Source: the human T2T-CHM13v2.0 reference genome, Homo sapiens
Assembly (NCBI RefSeq): GCF_009914755.1
Contig: NC_060939.1
Length of the DNA: 64,000 nucleotides
Reading direction: 5' to 3' (one strand)
Shown piece by piece: positions 49,676 to 64,000 of the stretch (its first letter is position 1; every line of letters starts with the position of its first letter). The notes beneath the pieces were generated by a model, which saw only the letters and a list, made by a program, of their open reading frames with translations, was not told the origin of the DNA and ran no database searches. Made by a program: the position numbers and the translations under genes.

Positions 49676-52198
49676 GTGAGTCCAGGACCTTTTGTGGGAA
49701 TAATCAGGGCATAGCCAGTTAACATGATATATGTAATTTTTGTACTCATTGGAGTACAGTGATACATTTAATATCCAAATGACCTGGATTTACAGACTCT
49801 AGAGAGCTTGAGCTGGCTAGAATTTTTCTTTGTTTCACAATTCAGCAGTCCTCCTTTGGCAGTTTCTCTGAGCAGCACAGAAAAGAACAGTGTTACTTAA
49901 CTCAAAGCAGATCCAGTGGTCTGCTACACTTAAGAGACTGGGGATAATTTCTAGGTTTTAACGCATGTGATTTGACCATGAACCATCATAGTATCATACA
50001 AATAAACCAGTCATTCCATGGGTAAGTCATGGTCAATCTCTATAAAATCAATTAAGTTGAAATGCATTAGTCGCCTGAGTGATCATAGGGAAATGGAAAG
50101 AACAAGGTACTAAGAGTATTGGAGCTTAGAACCACCCCTGCTAACTACATGACCTAAGACAAGTCTAATTTTTCTGTGTCTTATTCTCCTTACCTATAAA
50201 AGGAGCAGGTTGGGCTTGATCTCTCCAGGGTTCATTCCAACTCAAAAATCCAATGACTACCATCTGCATGTGATTTGATGGATCTGGATTGTAACAGTGC
50301 CAGTGGAAATTAAGAATCAAGAGGAAATCAAAGAAGCATTCTGGAGGCAGTTATATAGGGACAAAAAGAGAGCAGGAAATCAAAGGTGCTCTGAGATTTC
50401 TAGTCCAGGAATCTGTAAGAACAACAGTACCAATGATAGACTCAAGTAATTGAACAGAACAGCTGATTCCATGTCAAACATGTTAAGTGTTTGGTGCTGA
50501 CAGGCTGTCTATGAAGAGAGCAATTCCCAGAGCATCAGAGGAAAAGGGGTCTCAGCAGTAATCTGGCCACTTTCCCTCTCGGAGCAGGCATTTCTTCTTC
50601 AACACCTTCAGCAATGGGCAGAGTTCACTGCATTAAGAGACACCTCATTCTTGTGTTGAGCAACCCGTTATTTGCAAGATCTTTTTCTTCTGATGAGACA
50701 GAATAGACCTCCTAATTTGTGTTCTCTGAAGCAGAAAAAAAAATACGTCTATGCCCCATCCCATGTGACAAGTTTTCACAAATATGAAGAAAGCTGCCAT
50801 GGATCCCGAGAGCTTTGTCTTTCCCAAGTTCATCATTCTTAGCCTTTTCAGCAGTCTTCATGCACTGTTGTTTTTAGATCCCTTCCCAACCTCCTGTGCT
50901 TTTCAGAACCCACTCTCATTTGTCAATCTCCCTTTTAACTGTGGTCCAGCCCAGTGGTGAGCCCCAGGGCAGTGTGGGTTACTTCGCTTTGAGAAGGCAC
51001 ATGTGGCAAAGTGATGTGGGCCAACATAGCTGGCACATCACACTCATGACAGGCACAGACTTCTCCACGTGGACCACTGTCAGTGCTGGCTATGACCACA
51101 GAAGAAACTGTGGACCATGTGAGGGGGAATGGCGTCACAGTATTTGAGTAAAAAGAGAAGAGTGTTGGGCTCCTGACAGAAGCTTGGAGATTTAGAGGAA
51201 GAGGGGGAATCAAAAGAGGAAGATAGTAAGGGAGTAAAGTAGTGGAGAGAGGGAGGAGTAAGACCCAGGAAAGCTTATTGTTCCAGAGACCAAAGGAGGA
51301 AGGAGTTTAAGGAGGCAAGGAGGCAAGCAGCAGATGGATTCAAATCTCACAGAAAGACAAGGAAAATCCATGAGGAAAAAGAAAAGCCTACTTTGATTAA
51401 CAAGAAAGGCTTTTTCAGTGAATTTTAGAGTAGTAGCATTCAAAGGGTAGAGATTAAAACATTGTGGATATTTCAGAAATAAATTTCCAAAAAAGAAGAA
51501 AACGGAGCAATGGGTATTTAAGTACTAAAGAAGGAGCAAAGATTGGTAGTCAAGCTGATGGAAAAGTGTATATGTATGTGTTTGTTGTTTTTCATTTTGA
51601 TGTTAGGGCAATCTTAAATTAAAAAGATATGGTTTTGCACAAGTCAGTTAATATCTGTAGACCTTCCAACTGTATAAGGAAGGCATTAAGGCTAAATGCT
51701 GCTGGAACCTTCTCACATCTCTGATCACCTACAATCCTGTAAGGGAAGGAGTCTATAGAAAGAAAAGGGTTTGAGGCACTTGAGAGAGAGTGTGTAGTTG
51801 TCACAGAAGGAAGGTCACAGAGTCCTTTGTCTAGAATGATGGGTCCTACCAAGATCTTTTGCTTTCAAAACACAGTTAGATGATAGTTGATAATGCTTCT
51901 GTATGTCCTCTTTTGGGTAATAGGATTGCAGTCCGTCCAGTTCCCCAAACTAGAAGCCTGGATTCTTTCTTGGCTCCTTCTCATTCTTCTCTGATGTGTA
52001 ATTAGCCACTGAGTTGTGCCGACTATATTTACTAAAATCTTTCTTGGTTCCAGCTCCTCCTTTCCATCCAAACTACCATCCTTGTACAGGTCCTGAAATC
52101 AGTTCCCAGGACACCTACAACAGCTTTCTAATTTGCTCCTGAATTGCTTCCCTCAAATCCACCCCTACACAACACAGCCACCAGAGTAGTCTATCTAG

Positions 52199-52512
<314 letters not shown>

Positions 52513-53582
52513 AAGTCTAATTCTTTCTTTGCAATGTTCAGAATATCCAAATGTCTCCCCATCACTCAAAGATGTATGTGGGTTCATATGCCCAATGGGA
52601 CTTGGCAGGGTATTACCTTTCCTGGTCCCCAGCCTCATGTCTGGCCACCTCCTTTTTTTTGCCTTGAGTGGGATGCTCCAGCCACACTGACTTGCGGGCT
52701 GTTTCTTGCCCACAGCAAGCTGCCTCTTGCCTCCTCTTTAATTACACTCCCCTCTTAATTGGGAGTGGCCCCACCTGTTAAGTCTTTTTCTGTAACTTTC
52801 TTTTTAATCATAGGAAATTGCAAACCTATTTAAAAGAGGAGAAAACAGTGTAATGAACCCCCATGTCATGTTCATAACCCAGTATCAACAATTATCAACC
52901 CAGGGCCACCCTTGTTTCATCGAAACCATCACCACTGCCACTACCCCCTGATCATTTTTGAAGCAAACACAGACAGCACATCATTTCATTCATAATTATG
53001 TATCTCAAAAAGAAGTCTTTAAAAAAAAATCAAAATACCATTTTTGAAATGCTATCCTCAATACTTCTATCAGAATCACCCGTGGTGCTTTTTAAAATGT
53101 GGTGATTTCCAGGCCCCACTGAGTCAGATACTGTAGGAGTGGGGCTCCATCACCAACATTTTCTTTTTCTTTCGGCTGCCAGATCTTTTTTTTTTTTTTT
53201 TTTTTATCATGGTGAGAGATACACAACACAAAACTTACCATTTTAACCATTTGAAAGTGTACAGTTCAGTGGCATTAAGCACACTCACATTGTTGTGCAC
53301 CCATCACCACCTCCCATCTCTCAAATTTTCTCATCACCCCCCAACATAAGCTCTGTTCACCTTCAGCAATAACTCCCTACTCCCTCCCACTAGACTCTAG
53401 TAACCTCTATTCTATTTTCTGTCTGTCTTTCATTCACCAGCATTTTAAACAAATACCCCAGGTAACTTTGGCAGGGGAGTGGGCATATCCAAGTTTGGGA
53501 ACCACTGGATCCGATCGTCCCTAAGGTCCCTTTAAAGTTCAGAAAATACTGTTTACTTTATTGAATTAGAAAAGGGGATATC

Positions 53583-53865
53583 AGCCGGGCGCAGTGGCTC
53601 ACGCCTATAATCCCAGCACTTTGGAAGGCTGAGGTGGGTGTATCACTTGATCTCAGGAGTTCGAGACCAGGCTGGCCAACATGGTAAAACCCTGTCTCTA
53701 CTAAAAATACAAAAATTAGCCGGGTGTGGTGGTACATGCTTGTAGTCCCAGCTACTCGGGAGGCTAAGGCAGGAAAATTGCTTCATCTCGGTAGGCAGAG
53801 GTTGCAGTGAGCTGATATCCTGCTACTGCTCTCCAGCCTGGGTGACAGCGCAAGACTCCACATCA
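53583..53865 (+). mobile_element. AluS-like
   Basis: Full dimer. Confidence 0.93.
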
Positions 53866-53962
53866 AAGGAAGGAAGGAAGGAAGGGAGGGAGGGAGGGAG
53901 GGAGGAAGGAAGGAAGGAAGGAAGGAAGGAAGGAAGGAAGGAAGGAGAAAGAAAGAAAGAAA
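53866..53962. repeat. (GGAA)n/(GGGA)n/(GAAA)n compound purine microsatellite derived from the Alu tail
   Basis: Read directly. Confidence 0.95.
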
Positions 53963-56605
53963 AGGAGCTACAGTGAGGTTCAGGCCCCATATTCATTCCA
54001 AGCCTGCCTTTTCTGTCAGCCCCACCTGACTTTGCTAGGGGTTTCTTCCTCCTCGTATTCACAGAGCAAAGCCAAAAGGTTCTTTACTCCTGAAGGACAC
54101 CACCCTTTCTTCCCCCGTGTTGAAGACTGAGCAGACAGCACCTGTTCCCTGGCCCAAGCAGCTGCCTCTTCCCACCTTCTGCCATCTCTCCCTCTGTGGT
54201 CGCTCTGCAATTTTCCTGCATAATTCACACTGCCTGGCAGTTTCTGGCCTGGTCCTGGCCATCTAGTGTGAAGTTTATAGTTTCCTGCCACCACTTCTGA
54301 CTCTATTCATTCCCTCGATTTCCAAACAAAACCGCAACATATCTCAGCTTCCAGTGCATCCTTTTATTACCACTGTCTTTTGTGGTTTGGGGATGCTTGC
54401 TTGTTGACAGTGAAGGAGAGGATGAACGCAGCTGTATTTTACATCCCTCCAGTAGAGCCTGCCAAGCCAGCCTGAAGGAGATAAATGTTTCTGCCTCTGT
54501 GGTTTACCATGGCTCGAGTTCTGAATTTACATAGGGAGCGGATGTTCAAAAGGCTTTTTTGCTTTTTTTAAAATTAGGAAAATAAAAATTATAGTGTATA
54601 AATCTAAGCCAAGGGAACTGCAGTACTGACCTTCTTAGCTTTCAGCTGTGGAATGTGTTGACAGTTGATATGGTTCATTGGTTCATGGTTGTTTTAAAAT
54701 TCCTCCCTGGAGCCTCTTCGTTTGTTTCTATGGGATTCTTAACACTTCAGCAAACTTGTTGCCCTCGCTGTCGTTTTTCATATACAAAAACTAAGGAAAT
54801 AGGGTGGACTTAGTTAGCACACCTTGTATGTTTCCTTCACTGCTGACTTAAATTCTCCATTTGTGGAGATTATATTTGCTAATGTCAAATTAGGTGACAT
54901 TTCAGGAATCTGTTTTTCTAACAACAACAATGATAACAACAACTAATATTGAGGAGTGCTTTGTGCCAGACCTTGTTCTGAGTGTTCTACGTGGATTAAG
55001 TTGTTTAATGCTCACAACAACCCTATGAGGAGGTGCTATTCTTATTTTCATTTTGGGGCTGAGGAAACAGGCGTAGAAACATAAAGGAATTGTTTTGGAG
55101 ATATTAAGTGGTGGACAGTGATTCTATGGCACGTAAGACTAGAAAGAGCTGCAGTTTCGTGTCAGATGTCCTGAATTCAAGTTTCACCCATCCTTGGGTT
55201 TATCTAATGGAGTAGACAGAGAAGTGAGTGACTGCATGATGGTATTGTAAGGTTGCAATGCATTATAATTACGTTATGGTGTTATTCGGGATCAGGGATG
55301 GTTTCCGGAAATAGATGGTACATGAACTGAGATCCTAGAGTGTCCTACAATGTCAGAAGAGCAGCATGTCAGGTATTTGGAATAGAGGCTTGTGTGCAGG
55401 CTCACTGGCCCATGTAGGCCACGCAGGTTGCTAAGGTGGTCTGAGGTGGGTGAGGGGCGAGGAGGATGGGCCCGGGGAGCAGTAATGGCAGCAAGGATGC
55501 AGCTGGAGGAGCCAGCAAGTCTTGAGGGTCTTCCATGGTTCACTAAGGAGCTTGGACTTTATCAGGAGGCTGTGGGAGCCATGTAAGGATTTTAACCAGA
55601 AAAGTGACATAATCTCAATTACATTTTTGAAAGATCCCTCTGGTGGTCTGCAGTTTATTTCCAATTATTCACAATGATAAATAAAACTGCAGCGAATTCC
55701 AAATTGCACATCTCTAATTGTCTCATTGGACATATTTTCTGGCGTGGAATTTCTGGGCCAGGGATAAGCATTTAATTTCTACTGTCAAATTTCCTTTTAG
55801 AGAGAAATCAGTGCTGGCTTCTCTCGCCAGCAGCAGTACTCCAGCTTGCCTTTTTCCCCATACGTTCATCAAAATCAGGAGATTATCTTTTTTTTTTTAA
55901 ATGTTATTTTGTAGTTTTTTTTATGGTTCATGTTTTGCACTTAACTTTGATCCATGGGAAATTTACTTTCACATGTAATATGTAATCTCAATCTAACAAT
56001 TTTTTCCAAGTAATTAACCAACTGCCCCTAGCACTATCTGTTGAGTAAACTACCCACTTTGGTTTTAAAATGACGTCATTGTACAAATAATACTCCAGTG
56101 CCAGTACCATATTATTTGAATTACTGTGTCTTTTAAATACTTTTTTCTATTAAACTGTGCAAGTACTCTGTAATTGTTATTCCTTTTAAAAATGTTCTTG
56201 ATTGTTCTCACCTAACCTTACATAAAACTTTAGAGTTGTATTGTCTGTTTCCAACTTCCCCCCCAAAAAATTGCTTCAGCCGTTTGGCTCAGAACTGCAT
56301 TTTTTCTAAATTAATTAGGGGAGAATAAACATCTTTCTAATTTTGAGTCTTCCCATTCAGGGGCATGTGGTCTCTCCATTTATTCAGGTTTTTAGGCTTA
56401 GAATCCCCTGAGTATTTTATACCTCAGTTTTCCTCATCTGTAAAATCAGGAAAATAATGATATTTATGCATAAGGTCATGGCGAGAATTATATTAAATAA
56501 TACATGTAATATGTTTAGCATAGTGCCTGGCAGCTAACAGTAAATGTGGTTGAATTCTGGGAAAACTGGTAATTTTAGTATATATATCTATATATTTATA
56601 TAGTG

Positions 56606-56607
<2 letters not shown>

Positions 56608-56640
<33 letters not shown>
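56608..56640. repeat. (CA)n microsatellite
   Basis: Read directly. Confidence 0.95.
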
Positions 56641-56644
<4 letters not shown>

Positions 56645-56904
56645 TATGGGCTACTTTATTGAACTGTTTTGGTTTTTTCCAAAATTTTTCAGTTAATTTT
56701 AGTACTTTTCATAGCTATGTCATTTTCAAATATGATAGTTTTGTCTATTATGTTTATTCTTTCCTAATATTTATACCTGCTTTTATGCTCTTCCACTATA
56801 TTTTCATTTGTATTTTTCTTATCTCATTTTGTTTATTCTTTTACTTTTTACATATCTGAAGTCATTCTGTGTTATTTGTATTATCTGTAGGTTTTAAAAT
56901 TACC

Positions 56905-57079
56905 AGCTGGGTGCAGTGGCAGGCACCTGTAGTCCCAGCTATTGGGGAGGCTGAGGTGAGAGGCTCACTTGGTTGAGCCCCAGAGTTCAAGGCTGCATTG
57001 AGCCGTGATCACACCACTGCACTCCAGCCTGGGTGACAGAGTAAGACCCTGTCTCTGGGAAAAAAAAAAAAAAAAAAAG
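56905..57079 (+). mobile_element. FRAM or AluJ right-arm monomer
   Basis: Single right arm with a poly(A) tail. Confidence 0.8.
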
Positions 57080-57379
57080 AGAGTCTATTTTTAAAAGGAA
57101 AGTTTAATCCATTTAAATAGATTTTTTATTACTGATAGTTCTGGTCTCCATTTTAAATGTTTCCTTGTTTCTGATGTTTTCCTGCATGAGCTATATGAAC
57201 TTGATTTGTTTTCTATAATAGCAGGAGATTTGTCTACTATAATTTCATTTTTTTAACACGCTCAAACCTATATAATTTTTATCATAAACATCTAGAATGG
57301 TGCCATTTCTGCTGATTTCTCCAGGTTTAAAATGAATAAATTGGCATTGTTTTGTTGTTGTTGTTGTTGATTTTTCACT

Positions 57380-57685
<306 letters not shown>

Positions 57686-58687
57686 TGAATAGTATTCCAT
57701 TGTGTATATAGGCTATATTTTCTTTATCCATTTATCTGTAGGTGAGAACTTAGGTTGATTTCATATCTTTACTGTTGTGAATAGTGCTTTGATAAACATA
57801 CAAATGCAGATATATTTTTGATATAATGATTTATTTTCCTATGAGTAAATAGCCAGTAGTGGAATTGCTGGATCAAACGGCAGTTTTATTTTTAAGTCTT
57901 TGAGAAATCTCCATGGAGGTTGTCCTAATTTACCTTCCTACTGACAGTGTTTAAGTGTCCCAAGATATGTTTTTCTTTCACTAATACATGCTGCCTTCTT
58001 CTCTTGTGCTGAAGAATGATTTTAGCAGTTGGATATTTGTGCTTTGTTTTCTTATTCTGGAATTAGAAAAATAAATTATCTAAAAGAGCATTGTCAAATT
58101 GTCTTTGGATTCATATGCTGTCATCCTGGATGATGTTTAAGTGCTTCTGTATCCTCTGATACAGGTGAGGCCGTGTAGAATAATGCTAGCAGCTGTTGTG
58201 TACCCTTTGGTTACTTCTCTGTACCTCAGTTTTCTCATCTGTAAAGTGGGCATAATAATATTTCCTGATACGGTTGTTGTTATAAGAAAATGATAGAATT
58301 TGTTTGAAGCACTGAAGACAGTGTCTCACAGGAATAAGAATGCAATGAATGTCTGATGTTACTTTTTTATTTTATTGTACTTATTGAGCTTTTAACTCAG
58401 ACATCATTAGATTTAATTCTCACCCAATACCATTAGGTAGGTAATATTATTGTTCTTATTTTACAGAAAATTATTACCTTTGTATTTGAATAACAGTTTT
58501 ACTGGACATAATATTCATAGGACTCTGATTCTGTCTTTCTCTCAAAACTCTTACTCTGTCTTTTCCTGGTTTTGAATGTTGTGTGCATCTGAGGTACCCC
58601 TGTCTTTATGTTCCTATAGGAGACTTGCTTTTTGTGCCTAGACACCTAGACAATTCTTTCTTCATGCTCAAAGTTTTGTTAGCCAGG

Positions 58688-59290
58688 TGTATTCATTTTC
58701 CATAGCTGCTAATACCACAAACTTAGCGGTGTAAAACAACACAAATGTATTATCCCACAGTTGAGTGGGTCAGAAGCCCAGTAGATTCAGCTGATGTCTC
58801 TGTTCCAGTTACTAGTAGGCCAGGATCAAGGTGTCTGTCAGTCTGAAGTCTTCTTTGGCAAGAGTCTGCTTCCAGGCTCATTTGAATAATTGGCAGAATT
58901 CAGTTCCATGCATTTGTAGAACTGAGATCTTCATTTCCTTGCTGACTGTGGGCTGAGAGATTGTTTTCAATTTCTAGAGGCCACCTGCATTCCTTGGCTC
59001 ATGGTCTCATCCATCTTTGAGCCAGCAACAGTGGGTAAATTCCTGTTACACTTCAAATCCCTCTCGCTTATTAGTCTACTTACATTTCTGACTCTAGCCA
59101 GAGTGATATCCTTGTTTTTAAGGATGTCTGTGATTAGATTAAGCCCACCAAAGTAATCTGGGATTATCTTCCCATCTCGAGGTCACACCTGTAAAGTCCC
59201 TTTTGCTGTGTATGGTAATGTATTCACACATTCTGGGGATTAGGGCATGGGAGTACTTGCAGGGGTGAGGAGCCATTATTCTGCCTACAA
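58688..59290 (-). mobile_element. MLT1-type MaLR LTR
   Basis: tgtatt..taccacaaacttag..aaaacaacac..gattagatt..attattctgcctac. Confidence 0.75.
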
Positions 59291-59515
59291 TTCTAGGTTT
59301 TTATGTTCATCATTTTTATTACTTTTTCCTGGAAGACAGTGTACCTTTTCAGGATGTATTTCAGTCACTTTTTTCATATTTTATTTCTGAGCAGCTTTTC
59401 TGTTTCATGCGTTGGAATCTCTACTTGAAGAATCCAGTTATCTTCAATATTGGATTACCTAGGTTCTCTTTAACTTAGTCCCTTAAAATTGTGCTTCAGA
59501 AAATCAATTTTATAG

Positions 59516-59873
<358 letters not shown>

Positions 59874-60479
59874 TGATGGGTTTTGACAGATGGTATGTAC
59901 CCCTCAAACCCCAGTCCCACTCAAGATCCAGAACATTTCCATCCCTACAAAAGTTTTCTTTGCAGCTTCTCTTTCTCTCTCTCTCAACACTGCATTCACT
60001 TCCAAGTCTGGCCTCTGTGTCATTAATTTGATCTTCAGCCATGTTTCTTCTGTTTTTTCCTAGTAATGAATTGTTAGACTTGTGACAATAGTGTTATTAT
60101 GTTTCACAGTTGGTTTCCATTTTCCCTTTTACTCTGTTGTTTTATCATCTCATCTCAAAACTCTCACATCAGTGAAATGATATTCTTTTTAAGTTCTTCC
60201 ATGTGCAAAGACGTAGGTAACACAGCCTGTTCCTCTGGTTGTGTTTTGCCCAGACATGGCTCTTTCAATGTATTCCTTTCTTTCTTTAAAAAAAAAAAAA
60301 TTGGTGAGGGGAGACAAGATTCAGAATTGTATGAACACTATAATATCTTTAATTTAAATAAAAAATAATACATAGAAGGAAATCATGCTGGATTATGTGT
60401 AATTATTTTTTAGTTGCCGTGGGTTTTTTTTTTTTTTTTTAACCTTTAAGTCACTTCTTGTTACTTTGGACAGAACTAA

Positions 60480-60904
<425 letters not shown>

Positions 60905-62124
60905 TGAACTTTCTTACCTCATCTCCTCTCGAGATTCTCAATCACCAAGATACAGAAGTCCAATTTGAATGAAAATATCTACTTCCCATTAAAACAAAAT
61001 CCCAATTTTTAATTTTTTATTACCAAGGAGAAAAGAGAGAAAAAATTAATGACCATAAGGTAAAATATGCACATGCTTAGAAACTTTAAACCTTTTAAAA
61101 ATATAAAGTAAAAACCTCCCTCTTTACACACTCTAGTTCCTGACACTTTCAATTGCTTCCAGAAGAGAGAAATTATACATAAACCAGCATACATACAAAC
61201 ATGCTACATATGGGGCAGTTCATGTACTACAATCTCTTTTTTCTAAAATCAAAAAATAGTATATAAGTATATATAGATAGTGTATGTTATAGACTGTGTG
61301 TATGTAGCATATATGTATAATGTATTTATTTCATTTAACAGTCTTCAAGAGAAGACTGTTATCAATTCATACCTAAACCCATGTCCTTTTAAATGACTAC
61401 ATATTATTACACTGTCGGGATTTCTCGTCTTTAACCAGTCTCCTTCCCAATTCTACCATGAGAGTAGCAGAGAAAGAAAAGACACATCAAATATTAACTC
61501 CAGCATTGCCCCATCCTGGGGAGTTGAGCAAGCCCTCACATGGAATCTGAGAATTAGAGAGAAGGGTTCCCCACTAACAATTTTCAACACAATGAACAAC
61601 ATGTTTTGTGTTGATTGATGTTTCTTTGCAGGACATGTATATAGTAATGGCATTTCATTCTGCTGATTGGGGGTGTGCTTTTTTGGACAACTATATTTAA
61701 GTCTTGCCTGGGGAAAGAAGGTTGGATGACTCTGTGAGAACCTTACAACCCTGTCTTTCTGAGGTTAGAAATATTAAGCTTTGGAACTGCCTCTTAAACA
61801 AACATCTTAGCAGTGTTTTCTGAAGTCATTTAGTAGAACATAATCCCACGGACAAGGGTCTATATTCACTTAAGTTTATGAAATGATGCACGTAATATTT
61901 CTCTCTTAAGCATTTGTAGTTTGCATTTATATTTCATAGTCTTTGGAAAAGTTTTGCAGTGAATAAATCTGTTGAACATTATCGAGCCCTGAGTTTTCAA
62001 AACTTATTCTATTACTGAACTCTTTCTCCTCTATCACTTATTAATATCTCAAGATACAAAGTGTTTTTTCAGAGTATCTTAAATATATCTGTCCCTACGG
62101 AATCTGGTTTTCAAAATTCTGTGC

Positions 62125-62432
62125 AGGGGTCCAGTAAAGAACCAGATAGTAAATGTTTTAGGCATTGTAGGCCAAATGGTTTCTATTGCAAATATTCAGT
62201 TCTGTTGTAGCACAAAAGCCATAGACAATAGGTGGAAAAATGAGTGTGGTTATATTCCAGTAAAACTTTAGTTATGCACGGTAAAATTTAATTTTATGTA
62301 ATTTTCACATGTCACAAAATATCTTTTTTTCTGCCAACCATTTAAAAACATAAAAATGATTCTCAGCTGGTAGGCTGTACCAAAGATAGGTGGGCCAGAT
62401 TTGACCTGCTAGTCATAGTTTGATGACCTTTG
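62125..62432 (+). mobile_element. MER58B-like
   Basis: caggggtc..ccagatagtaaatgttttaggc..gggccagatttgacc..tagtttgatgacc. Confidence 0.75.
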
Positions 62433-63052
62433 ATTTAGTAGATAATAATCCGGAATAAGAATTAAATGCTTTGTTCAGCAAGATTGTGCAATATTTCTTT
62501 TGTTTTGAAGAAGATCCAGAAGCTTCGTGCACTTGTGTATTAAACATAAAAGAATATTAAGGCTTCATCCACTCTGTAGAAAGTATTTAAGATACCCTAA
62601 AATTTAGCTCCTAAACTTGAGACAGTTTAATACTACTCTGCCCATTACAGAGGATAAGCTCAATACTAATTTACTGAATAAATATTGGTGAAAATCTCCA
62701 TATTATAAAATAAATTAGATTAGAAATGATCTCCATATGATGGTTTATTTATTACTAAATCTTAAAGAAAACCTTTATAATTTTGCAAAGGCCATAGCAC
62801 AGATTCGAATTATAAAATGGATGTAAAAGTAGAATATAGTTTAGTGAATTACTCTTTCTGTTGCTAGTAAGATTTGAATGTTTGTTAACTGCATTACTGA
62901 CCATCAACAAAAGTATAAAATTCCAAATGTGTGGAATTCCACCGAGTGAAGCTGGTTATTTTTGCCTTCGTTGAATGTGTCACTCCTCCTTTTCTGGCCT
63001 ATATTTAATGACCCTCAGTGTCCTTTTCTGGTGGCTTCCTGGTTTTCCCTAG

Positions 63053-63339
63053 GTTCATTCCAGAACCCTGGTCAGCCTGCAGTACCACGTGTGGGCCGGG
63101 TGTGCAGGTCCGCGAGGTGAAGTGCCGTGTGCTCCTCACATTCACGCAGACTGAGACTGAGCTGCCCGAGGAAGAGTGTGAAGGCCCCAAGCTGCCCACC
63201 GAACGGCCCTGCCTCCTGGAAGCATGTGATGAGAGCCCGGCCTCCCGAGAGCTAGACATCCCTCTCCCTGAGGACAGTGAGACGACTTACGACTGGGAGT
63301 ACGCTGGGTTCACCCCTTGCACAGCAACATGCTTGGGAG
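63053..63339 (+). CDS. ADAMTSL3: ADAMTSL3 exon 16, 287 nt, TSR plus start of the next TSR
   Basis: ttccctag|G and GAG|gtattt; (T)FIPEPWSACSTTCGPGVQVREVKCRVLLTFTQTETELPEEECEGPKLPTERPCLLEACDESPASRELDIPLPEDSETTYDWEYAGFTPCTATCLG(G). Confidence 0.97.
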
Positions 63340-64000
63340 GTATTTGAACCTTTGCTTAAGGGACAGTTATGTTGTGTGTTGCTAGTGGTTTGAGAAATTA
63401 CTCAATCAGGTAAGCCAAATATGCAAATTAGCAAAAGTCTAAAGGAGGTGAAGTCATTCAAATAACTGAAAATGATACTTTTTCTTCTTTTTCTTTCTTT
63501 TTTTTTTGTAGTGATTATTTTAGAAAGGAGAGTGGGACTATATACTAACCAAAAAAAGTATATTTGTTTGCCTGAGAATCTGCATGACTGAGATGGTTCA
63601 TATGAAATAAATAGGAAAATGCAGAATGGATAAGTTAAGGCAATCTTGTTCATAAAGCAGTCTTATAGATTGAGGTAGCCTGGAATTGCAATATCTGATG
63701 CAACTCTAGATCAGAGTTTGTCCTCAGAAAATATTTGGGTTCATATCCGCACATTGGGCCAGCACCTAGGGGAACAAACTAATCACCATGATTTATGTTT
63801 GTGTACATAGAGGGTGACATACACAGCCAGGAAACCCTGTTAGGATTAGAAAGTGGTTGTATAGCCAGGTGACCCCTTTGGGGTGAGAAGTTGGCCCCCT
63901 GATGATTTATACAATCTAGGATCCAAAAGGGAGTGAAGGAGTGGTTAATAGGAGTCCAGAGAGCCACTCTTGAGGGCTCTGTTGAAAGTAAAAAGATAGA

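Overview
Primate (most likely human) genomic DNA covering nine internal coding exons of ADAMTSL3 (punctin-2) on the + strand. These encode the spacer region and thrombospondin type-1 repeats; by recalled numbering they are exons 8-16, residues ~243-663. All nine have GT-AG boundaries and splice into one continuous 1260-nt frame. The introns are mostly interspersed repeats: a full-length, sense-oriented, coding-dead L1PA4-like element with a 17-bp TSD, about 25 Alu/FLAM copies, MER5/MER58 DNA transposons, LTRs, old L1M/MIR fragments and microsatellites. There are no prokaryotic-type features. I cannot support a new biological system here. The best leads are: (1) an L1 ORF0 homologue that reads out of the element into host DNA and gains a hydrophobic tail; (2) a latent read-through stop that would give ADAMTSL3 the same short isoform as ADAMTSL1 punctin-1; (3) a series of templated-insertion repair scars; (4) an AT-rich patch that retains CpGs; (5) two missense alleles next to glycosylation motifs. 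Repeat family names and boundaries come from recalled consensus sequences and are approximate.
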